In this document: one piece after another, positions 48,239 to 55,700 of the stretch
Layout of the letters: the number at the start of each line of letters is the position of its first letter
Numbering within the stretch: the first letter of the stretch is position 1
Virus record (IMG/VR): IMGVR_UViG_3300011115_000650
Strand: one strand, 5' to 3'
Length of the DNA stretch: 64,000 nt
Source of the DNA: a virus
Notes under the pieces: model-generated
Database searches by the model: none
What the model saw: only the letters and a program-made list of their open reading frames with translations
What the model was told of the DNA's origin: nothing
Program-made: the position numbers and the translations under genes

Positions 48239-48394
48239 TTAATAGGGTAGAGAAACTCTTCTATCCCTCCTCCTATCATAGGCCTTCTTATTCCTATGGA
48301 CTCTGTGCCTGGAAACTCTTTGACCTGTCTCCAATTCGATCTGCCTGGAAACCTTTCTTTGAAGGGAAGTGATTAGGGAAGCTTCTACTCGCAT
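48239..48394 (-). CDS. 51-aa Arg-rich protein (not in ORF track)
   Basis: MRVEASLITSLQRKVSRQIELETGQRVSRHRVHRNKKAYDRRRDRRVSLPY*; own promoter. Confidence 0.6.
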   Translation of the reverse strand: MRVEASLITSLQRKVSRQIELETGQRVSRHRVHRNKKAYDRRRDRRVSLPY

Positions 48395-48831
48395 ATAACT
48401 CTTTTTTGATTATACCTAAATGTATGAACTAGTATTCAGACTAGCAACTCTTTTTTAGAAAGGTATTAAACTCTTTTATAGGTAATAGAGACTTCCGAAC
48501 ATAGCGATAGAGACCTACTACTAAGTCTCTTTGAATAATTTTGATTGAACTCTTTTTTGTACTCCAAGAACAACAGTGTGAGGGTTTGGTTATAAAGTTT
48601 CTTATACGGCACCTGTCCGGCTTAACCTCTGTTCTTCTTTTGTACTATTATAAATAGGCACCTCCAACTCTTTTTTAACTCTTTTTTTAAAGGTGCCTAA
48701 CTCTTTTTTAGAAATAAACTCTTTTTACTAGACCCTTTCATCTCCCTTAGCTAAACTCTTTTTTGTATAAAGGTATAGCCTACACATGGAGCATTTAATC
48801 TCCCCAGGCTATGAAAGGGCTAGCAATAGAA

Positions 48832-49125
48832 TTAGATCAGGCCTAGATTCTTAGCCCTCACATAACCAACCTCCTTACCCGTTTTTGGATTGAGATACTT
48901 TTGTTTGGTCTTAGGTAAACTCTTTTTAGGGCTTACAACTCTTTCTTTGTCTACAACTCTTTTTTCATGAGTGTTAGCGAATGTACTAATCTGGATAGTA
49001 CTACCTGGTAATTCACCTCTTTCTAACTCTTCTACCATTATTGGATTGTATTCCGAATGCTCGGTATCGAAATGCCATATCGAACTCGTACCATCCTCTG
49101 ATTTGTAATGTCTTTGAAATTTCAT
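48832..49125 (-). CDS. Early hypothetical protein
   Basis: 97-aa ORF behind a promoter variant. Confidence 0.55.
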   Translation of the reverse strand: MKFQRHYKSEDGTSSIWHFDTEHSEYNPIMVEELERGELPGSTIQISTFANTHEKRVVDKERVVSPKKSLPKTKQKYLNPKTGKEVGYVRAKNLGLI

Positions 49126-49206
49126 AACTGTTTTTTTATTTTTATAAAGATAAGGAAAAGAAAGGAGACTAGCAACTAATCTCCTAACTCTTTTTTCAAC
49201 TCTTTT

Positions 49207-49488
49207 TTACTTCCCGCTATAATTAGCAGGGTCGGTTATAATCGCAATCGTTCTCTCAACCGCCTGATCTAAATTAATTTTCCCTAATTCTAAATCCTCC
49301 CTCATTGCAATTAACGAATCCGCCATCCCATTATTAAAATAGCCTTTAGGGACTTTTATTCCTTTATTTTCTGGAATATTACCCTCTACAAATTCCTCAA
49401 TTACAACCTCCCCAAATACATCCGGGCCGGCTTTTACATTTTCTAAACTCCAAACTGAAATTGCATTTTTTAAATTTTCCTTCATCAT
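49207..49488 (-). CDS. Early hypothetical protein (first gene of the cassette array)
   Basis: Preceded by two tandem promoter copies. Confidence 0.65.
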   Translation of the reverse strand: MMKENLKNAISVWSLENVKAGPDVFGEVVIEEFVEGNIPENKGIKVPKGYFNNGMADSLIAMREDLELGKINLDQAVERTIAIITDPANYSGK

Positions 49489-49938
49489 ATTGTTTATTTT
49501 TGATTATACCTAAATATATGAACTCTTTTTCGACTTTCCAACTCTTTTTTTAATTAATTTAAAATATTTTTTTTATTTTATTTCCCTCCCTAATTAATTA
49601 ATATACCTAAATATAGGGGCTTATTTTCAAGTCGCCAACTCTTTTTTTGGGTTTTAACTCTTTTTTCCTTTTGTCTAATAAAGGCAGGTAAAGGGTAGAA
49701 ATTGTCTAATATAGTATGGGGAACTGTATATATTTTCTAAATTTCCTAAGGAAGTTGGACGTCTGAGACAGGCTAGCCTCGGTACCAGGTTCTTTATTTA
49801 TAAACGTTCCCCCTTTTTTTCTATACATCTTCACTCTCCATTCCTACCTATTAGTGTTTTTCCTTACCTCTCCTCTCTTTCCCCGTTTCTATATTTTCTA
49901 CTTCCTACTTTTTTTATACACTATCTCCTTCCCTCCAC

Positions 49939-50028
49939 TCATCTAAGTTTCTTTCTTATATCTCTTAATTCAGTAGCAATCAACCATAGCGGTACCCCTA
50001 TCATTATCGAGGATATAAATTGTATCAT
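49939..50028 (-). CDS. 29-aa membrane micro-protein (not in ORF track)
   Basis: MIQFISSIMIGVPLWLIATELRDIRKKLR*; A-rich leader. Confidence 0.4.
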   Translation of the reverse strand: MIQFISSIMIGVPLWLIATELRDIRKKLR

Positions 50029-50047
50029 ATAGTATTTATTTCTCGTT

Positions 50048-50803
50048 TTACTTCTTTTTAAATTGTTCTAATAAATCAATCGTTCTTTCAGCCCCATCGT
50101 ATTTTGATTTTGAGTGCAGCATTTCACCATAAACATTTCTATTTTTATCGGGGTATGTTGCTACAAATTCCGCAAAACTAATCATTTCTTCCTCACTATA
50201 CACTCTTTTAGCCATAAAATAAGCTCCATGTTTAAACTCAACAAAAGCAGTTTGTTTCTCTTTTTCTTCTTTATAGACATCTGAAAAAGTTTTTGCTGTA
50301 CTTTCAATTAAATCTTCAATACTTTGTTGTTTAGTTTCTTCTACTGGAATGATGATTTTGTAATCTAAATCCCATTCTCCTTTAGTTTGCCAAGATTCTA
50401 TTTTAACCTCCTCACAACTTGGATTCTTAACAAACCATTCTAAAAAATCATCATCAATAGCTTGTACGCCATCTTCAATTAAGTCTTGGTCTGTTGTTAG
50501 GATTATTTTTTTAGGTTTAAGATTAATGTGAATACTAAAAGGTTGAGCTATTTTAGACACTCCAGGAACAGTTAATCTTTCATACCAAACAAATTTGTCT
50601 TCCTTTTTAGTACATTTAAGAATTTCATTTAAGTTAGTCATAAACCAATCCCCTTCTTTAATCTCTTCATCAGAAGTGATGTAGATGTTTTGAGGTTTAC
50701 AATATGATGTATTAGGAAAATTTTCTCCTAAACATAATCCATTAGCTCCTACATAAGCTAACCTACTTAGTTTGTCTGTTGGTAGTAAATGTATATTTTT
50801 CAT
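50048..50803 (-). CDS. Hypothetical mosaic protein
   Basis: 251-aa ORF; early promoter at ~50820-50860. Confidence 0.65.
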   Translation of the reverse strand: MKNIHLLPTDKLSRLAYVGANGLCLGENFPNTSYCKPQNIYITSDEEIKEGDWFMTNLNEILKCTKKEDKFVWYERLTVPGVSKIAQPFSIHINLKPKKIILTTDQDLIEDGVQAIDDDFLEWFVKNPSCEEVKIESWQTKGEWDLDYKIIIPVEETKQQSIEDLIESTAKTFSDVYKEEKEKQTAFVEFKHGAYFMAKRVYSEEEMISFAEFVATYPDKNRNVYGEMLHSKSKYDGAERTIDLLEQFKKK

Positions 50804-50858
50804 TGTTGTTTTATTATAAACTAAAGATAAGAATTTTATTTTGACTAAGCAACTTTAT

Positions 50859-50970
50859 TTATAAAGAAATTTCAAATCTATCTCTCATTCTCTCAATAGT
50901 CTCTTCTGGGCAGTCGTGTACATTTTTAGAACCATGTCTATTCTCTTACTATAAACAATACTTTATTCAT
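50859..50970 (-). pseudogene. Internally deleted P-loop kinase (AAA_33-like) remnant
   Basis: N-terminal MNKVLFIVR joined out of frame to C-terminal ENRHGSKNVHDCPEETIERMRDRFEISL*. Confidence 0.6.
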
Positions 50971-51623
50971 CTCACTTCTGTTTCGTGGTGATCTTGTGGG
51001 ATTACTGATGTCTTATTTGGCCTATCTTTTAGTATCGATACTACCTCTCTTAGTTCGTAGGGTATTAAATCATTACCGTCCATACCTACGTCCATTGATT
51101 TGCCTGGCATTATTTTCTTATACTGAGGTAGATGAACGTGACCAAATAAATGATAGGTACCTTTGTTCATATCATGCCAGCTACAGATTGGAAAGTGGCT
51201 CAATACAAAATTAAACTTCTCTACAATCCTATTGTTTACAGGCCTTACTACTTCCAGTCTTGTGTATTGGTATACTCCTTTGAATAAATCCTGACAGTTA
51301 CCTCTATTGTTTTCAATATGGTGATCGTGGTTACCTAGTATAAGGTAAATGTTTTTACATATTATCCTGTCTCTGAATTCTTGAATAGATTCAAAGCCAC
51401 CAAACGACCAATCACCTAAGTGTACTAAGATATCATCTTGACCTACTGTTTGATTGATACCGTTTATTATAGTAGCATTCATTCGGTCTATAGTCCTAAA
51501 GTCTCTAGTCTTATCCAATCCTCCCGTCCAATTACTCACACCCCTACATATATTTTTGTGCCCGTAGTGTGTGTCGGAGGTAAAGAATATTTTCTGGTCC
51601 TTATTTAATTGTATTGTTAACAT
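50967..51623 (-). CDS. Calcineurin-like metallophosphoesterase
   Basis: SDTH, HLGD, GNHD, SHFP, GHVH. Confidence 0.9.
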   Translation of the reverse strand: MLTIQLNKDQKIFFTSDTHYGHKNICRGVSNWTGGLDKTRDFRTIDRMNATIINGINQTVGQDDILVHLGDWSFGGFESIQEFRDRIICKNIYLILGNHDHHIENNRGNCQDLFKGVYQYTRLEVVRPVNNRIVEKFNFVLSHFPICSWHDMNKGTYHLFGHVHLPQYKKIMPGKSMDVGMDGNDLIPYELREVVSILKDRPNKTSVIPQDHHETEVR

Positions 51624-51630
51624 ACGCTAC

Positions 51631-51735
51631 CTACTTTTTAGAGATTACAATTATTAGTACTACAACAGTTACCATGAGTAGTGGATGATCATTACACCAA
51701 TCCCCTATCCTATCTATATACTCACTAATTTTCAT
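51631..51735 (-). CDS. 34-aa membrane micro-protein (not in ORF track)
   Basis: MKISEYIDRIGDWCNDHPLLMVTVVVLIIVISKK*; promoter at ~51758-51797. Confidence 0.45.
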   Translation of the reverse strand: MKISEYIDRIGDWCNDHPLLMVTVVVLIIVISKK

Positions 51736-51870
51736 AGTTAAATCGTTTTACTGTTCGTACTAAATATATGAATTATTCTTCATACAAACAACTTTATTTT
51801 TATAGCTGTCTAGTTATAAGCCTTTCATCTCCCTAGTCTATACTAGTAGTAGTAATAAGGTGAAGGAGAA

Positions 51871-52143
51871 TTATTTTAACCTCTTCTCCCACACCTCCAT
51901 AGGTTTCTTTGTCTTGGTGTTCCATTCCTTATTCATCCTAGATACTAATTCTTCGTAGTCCTCTTTTAGCTTCTTCTTGAGTTTACGTTCCTTGGTTGAA
52001 TGATACTCGGTCTTGATTCGCTCCATTTCTATCTCTCCAGCCGTGGTATAGTCTAGTTCAACTACCTGTATGCCGTCTAGGTTGTAGGTATGTATTTGAG
52101 TTAGTTCACCATCTTGTTCTTTACTTGTATACTTGTAGTTCAT
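51871..52143 (-). CDS. Hypothetical protein
   Basis: 90-aa ORF. Confidence 0.55.
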   Translation of the reverse strand: MNYKYTSKEQDGELTQIHTYNLDGIQVVELDYTTAGEIEMERIKTEYHSTKERKLKKKLKEDYEELVSRMNKEWNTKTKKPMEVWEKRLK

Positions 52144-52216
52144 GCTTGGTTGGCTTTGATTGAATATAGAAAGAAAGGGAGAAGATATTCAAACCCGTCT
52201 CCCTTCCTACTCTAAC

Positions 52217-53377
52217 CTATATATCAAATCGGATTACTAGACAGCTATTACCGCCTAATACTCCTGATGGAGCTTCATCCTTACCAACATTATGTACTGG
52301 GTATGATTGTGGGTATGCTTTTATAAATGCTATAACGTAGTCGAATGCTGCTAATGACCATTCTCTATTAGCATTTGGTAATGGTATGAATATTCTACTT
52401 TTTTCTTCATCAATAACTACTTTATAACCTGCATAAATTACCTTACCAATCTTTTTAACAGCTTCCTTAATTGCTGAAGAACGTGTAAAGGTTGGGAAAT
52501 ATTTACTTAGCATCTCAACCTGTGCTGAATCAGCTTCTTCAAATGCTTTAGATACTGCAGGATGAGCAACTTCATAACTATCGGCAAATATATCCGATTT
52601 AATCGTTTCTTCGATTATACTCTGCCATTTACTACATACTTGTGGATGTATTTCACTTAATTGCTTTCTTGTAACTGTGTACTTTGTCATAACTGTATTT
52701 GTATTTGTTTTATTATTTACTAAATATTCGATATCGGTTGTTGAAAAAGACCAAGATTCACTTCCTTCAAATTTAAAGTTGTATCCATCTGAGTCAAGAG
52801 ACTTAATCACTACTTCTTTACCTAAAAAATGATCCATTAAACCACTAGCATTCCAATAAACCGGTCTTTCACTTACCAATCTTACTGTATCACCTACTTT
52901 ATACTGTGGTGTTGATGTCTCGGTTGTTGCAAAACCCCTAGTATCTGCTCTTCTAAAATCCTTTAAGTAGAACCATAAACAACTATCTCCTTCTAATTGG
53001 AATGTTTCACCTTTTACTGATTTGATCTTTCTACCAACATCGTAATTAAATGATTCTCCACATACCGTCGTAACTGGTAGGTTAATTGCTGACACTACAT
53101 TACCTTTTCTTAATTTTACAGTAGTTGCTGTATCGTTGTATGGTGTAACGTCTTGTGGGTTATAGTAATTACCTTCTACACTTATACCATTATACGGTTC
53201 AACTGAGAAGCAATGGTAATCATTATGGTAATCATCATAAGTTCCTGTATAGTACAGGAATGGTTGATTAGCTTTTTTAGCTTTACTCCATTGACTACAT
53301 TCATCTAAGCTATCCCAATTTCGGGCTGTTTTTTGATGAGGTACGTACTTGTTACCTACTATTAATTTTGTACTCAT
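52217..53377 (-). CDS. Modular early protein (SH3-like modules plus a C-domain shared with 55701-56546)
   Basis: YKVGDTVRL; VCSKWQS.IEETIK; early promoter at ~53395-53432. Confidence 0.65.
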   Translation of the reverse strand: MSTKLIVGNKYVPHQKTARNWDSLDECSQWSKAKKANQPFLYYTGTYDDYHNDYHCFSVEPYNGISVEGNYYNPQDVTPYNDTATTVKLRKGNVVSAINLPVTTVCGESFNYDVGRKIKSVKGETFQLEGDSCLWFYLKDFRRADTRGFATTETSTPQYKVGDTVRLVSERPVYWNASGLMDHFLGKEVVIKSLDSDGYNFKFEGSESWSFSTTDIEYLVNNKTNTNTVMTKYTVTRKQLSEIHPQVCSKWQSIIEETIKSDIFADSYEVAHPAVSKAFEEADSAQVEMLSKYFPTFTRSSAIKEAVKKIGKVIYAGYKVVIDEEKSRIFIPLPNANREWSLAAFDYVIAFIKAYPQSYPVHNVGKDEAPSGVLGGNSCLVIRFDI

Positions 53378-53432
53378 AACGTTTTATTTATTTAACTAAA
53401 GATAAGAATGTTTATTGTAACGACCAACTTTT

Positions 53433-53681
53433 TTACTTTAAAAATGATAAAAGTTTTGGCTTAGGCATTATACCTACATTCTTTAGGACGATGCTTCCAT
53501 TTTGGATAATTACAACGGTGGGTACGGAAGTAACCTGGTACTGAGTAACTAGATCAGTATCTTGGCTAGCATCTATCTTGGTTAACGATGTTCCGGTTTG
53601 ATTACAAACCTCCTCGACTGTAGGATAGAACATTCGACATGGTGCACAGGTGGGGGTGGAGAAGTATAAGACTTGCTTCAT
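53433..53681 (-). CDS. Thioredoxin (start revised to MKQVLY)
   Basis: YFSTPTCAPC...KIDA...VTSVPT. Confidence 0.85.
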   Translation of the reverse strand: MKQVLYFSTPTCAPCRMFYPTVEEVCNQTGTSLTKIDASQDTDLVTQYQVTSVPTVVIIQNGSIVLKNVGIMPKPKLLSFLK

Positions 53682-53700
53682 AATAGATTGTTTGTTTCTA

Positions 53701-54171
53701 TTAAGATACGGACTCTTCCTCAAACTTCCAACCCTGCAGTTCAGAATATTTTTTTAGGTATAGGTCAGCAAATTCATCGGCCTGTCTCTCCATTGGATGA
53801 TTCCAATAGTCTACTTTTAGGTAGTGGTATAGTTGACGGGGTTGTTGAGAGTGGCAGTATTCATGTAGCAGTGTCCCCAGGACCTCTTTCATGGTATAGC
53901 TAGACTTGCAGTATAGTAAGATTGTATTGGAGGTGTAGTCCATCAAGCCATAAAAGTCTCCCTGTCTCCATAGAGATTTAGTTTTATAGGCCCATTTTAC
54001 TTGTAGAGTGTCTGGATTAGAATATGACTTCCAGGTTGTGTACTTCTTGGTGAAGTTTAGATTGTTTTGATAGGAAGTATCAGGTACCTCTTTTTTAATC
54101 CATTCAAATATGTTATTGATTAATTCCTGTAACTGCTGTTGGGGTAAGTCCTTTACTGTTAAATCAAGCAT
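53701..54171 (-). CDS. HExxH zinc metallopeptidase-like protein
   Basis: TLLHEYCHSQQ...HPMERQA; late motif at 54190-54197. Confidence 0.7.
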   Translation of the reverse strand: MLDLTVKDLPQQQLQELINNIFEWIKKEVPDTSYQNNLNFTKKYTTWKSYSNPDTLQVKWAYKTKSLWRQGDFYGLMDYTSNTILLYCKSSYTMKEVLGTLLHEYCHSQQPRQLYHYLKVDYWNHPMERQADEFADLYLKKYSELQGWKFEEESVS

Positions 54172-54204
54172 AAGAGAAGAGGTATATTAATAAATAGTGT
54201 AAAT

Positions 54205-54231
54205 AAAAAAACCTCTTGGTTAAAAGAGGTT
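54205..54231 (-). terminator. Intrinsic terminator
   Basis: AACCTCTT-N6-AAGAGGTT followed by a T-run. Confidence 0.7.
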
Positions 54232-54249
54232 CTTTGTTTATTAATATGT

Positions 54250-55353
54250 CTACTGGTAGAGAGGCATAAACCAAGCTGCAGGACTTCCTGCTATACTAAC
54301 TGATACCCAAGCTACTGGGGTTTCAGTATTAGTAGGTGTATTGAACACGTTAGTATTAAAGACTAGTGGAGTATCTGCTTTTATAAGCATAGAACCAGTT
54401 ACGGTTACATTACCTTTGATAATATGAGATGAACCTGTTACTAGTAAAGAACCGGTAATAGTGTTTGTACCAATGATGGTCTTAGATCCACTTATGAATA
54501 CACTACCCGTTATTGTCTTAGTACCAATTAAGGTATTTGAACCTGTTACAGATAGTGAACCTGTGATAGCTGTCGTACCATTGCCGTCGATATTAATTCT
54601 CTCTATAGAGTTAGTCTTGATAGAAAGGGTATTATTATTCCCGGTTGCATTCAAGATAGAAGTACCGCCTGTATTTGCTTTTAGGTTTAGGGTAGCTGAA
54701 CCAGCACCACCAGGTGCAATTGTAAGATCTATATCTCCAGATGTTTGCCCTGAAGCAGTTATGTGATTGGAGTTTAGATATAGAGCAGTTGAGGTTAGGG
54801 TAGTGGTGGTTGAGTTTATATTAGTAGTAGTCGAAGTTAGGGTATGGGTAGAACCGGATGCCACTAAAGAACCTGATACTGTAGTGGTACCTCTAAAGGT
54901 GTACGTAGATCCTGATGCTACTATAGAGCCTGTGATTTGAACTGGACCGATTGCTTTTAAAGCTATACCTGTATCCGTTGTAGCGAGTATACCTGTCCCC
55001 GTTCCTGTAGAATATCCTTGAACACCTACACTACTGTCTGTTTCACTGTATATGCCTATCTGAGCATTAGAGTTTACAGCAAGACTTGTACCTGCAGAAT
55101 TAGTAATTGTTAGAGCGTCATCTCCAGTGTTAGCAGTAAGCGTTAATGCTCCTCCTGCTGTTTCAGATAGAATACTACTCCCAGTAATCTTGTTTGCAGA
55201 TGAAAATACAGCTACCCTATTTACTGAACCTGAGATAGCTGTATTTATCGAAGATGAAATAGATCCGGTTATGTATAGGAAATTGTTATCTAGTTCTGTA
55301 TATGTTAGTGGAGATCCTTTTTGGAGTCTCAAAGTAAGTGAAGTAGCAGGCAT
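54250..55353 (-). CDS. Fibre-like structural protein with [IV]TGS repeats
   Basis: LTLRLQKGSPLTYTELDNNF N-terminus; ~14 [ST]GS repeats; late motif upstream. Confidence 0.65.
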   Translation of the reverse strand: MPATSLTLRLQKGSPLTYTELDNNFLYITGSISSSINTAISGSVNRVAVFSSANKITGSSILSETAGGALTLTANTGDDALTITNSAGTSLAVNSNAQIGIYSETDSSVGVQGYSTGTGTGILATTDTGIALKAIGPVQITGSIVASGSTYTFRGTTTVSGSLVASGSTHTLTSTTTNINSTTTTLTSTALYLNSNHITASGQTSGDIDLTIAPGGAGSATLNLKANTGGTSILNATGNNNTLSIKTNSIERINIDGNGTTAITGSLSVTGSNTLIGTKTITGSVFISGSKTIIGTNTITGSLLVTGSSHIIKGNVTVTGSMLIKADTPLVFNTNVFNTPTNTETPVAWVSVSIAGSPAAWFMPLYQ

Positions 55354-55394
55354 GGTATGGTGAGCTTATTTAATATAAATATCTCACCTTTTGA

Positions 55395-55610
55395 TTAACA
55401 CCTTCCTCTTGTTCTACTTAAATGCTGGAGATGCTTTGCCGTTGAACTATCTCGTATGATCTGTAGGGAGTTAGTTGCCTTAGCATCTGCTATAATCAAA
55501 CCTGAATACCTTTCGGTTGAGGAATGATTGACACAGGTATCTGGATATCCTAATGCTACTCTCTTTGGGTGGATTACTGTTCCGCAAACTTTACATTGAT
55601 GTGTTGCCAT
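55395..55610 (-). CDS. Small zinc-finger protein
   Basis: CKVC...IHPKR...TCVNH. Confidence 0.6.
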   Translation of the reverse strand: MATHQCKVCGTVIHPKRVALGYPDTCVNHSSTERYSGLIIADAKATNSLQIIRDSSTAKHLQHLSRTRGRC

Positions 55611-55640
55611 GGTGTATAACTTTTATTTTACTAAAGATAA

Positions 55641-55672
55641 GAAAAAAGGACCAATTTTCCAACTGATCCTTT
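55641..55672 (-). terminator. GNRA terminator hairpin overlapping a promoter -33 box
   Basis: AAAGGATCAGTT-GGAA-AATTGGTCCTTT followed by a T-run. Confidence 0.65.
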
Positions 55673-55700
55673 ATCTTTTTTTCTATTGGGGAAGGGGGGA

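Larger units (their letters stand above)
37183..49645 (-). promoter_or_regulatory. Array of ~30 Bacteroidota-type early promoters; consensus AAAGTTG(G/C)TAGTCTGAA-N9-CTA(TA/TC)TTTAGGTATAATCAAAAA
   Basis: Copies read at about 37183, 37845, 38245, 38590, 38803, 39070, 39193, 39423, 39670, 41195, 41585, 41836, 42147, 42406, 42619, 42990, 44037, 45055, 45236, 45552, 45909, 46200, 46736, 47092, 47314, 47570, 47896, 48187, 48402, 49141, 49497 and 49600. TTG-N~20-TAnnTTT matches the Bacteroidota -33/-7 architecture. Confidence 0.85.
48230..49666. repeat. Dense same-orientation AACTCTT(TT) motif array
   Basis: 22 copies of AACTCTT counted by eye in ~1.45 kb, 18 of them with at least four Ts. Confidence 0.75.

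Noticed and set aside
37183-49645. Repeat array as a CRISPR or a classical integron
   Set aside because: The repeats are degenerate, non-palindromic promoters separated by whole genes of variable length; there is no cas gene, integrase or attC structure in the window.
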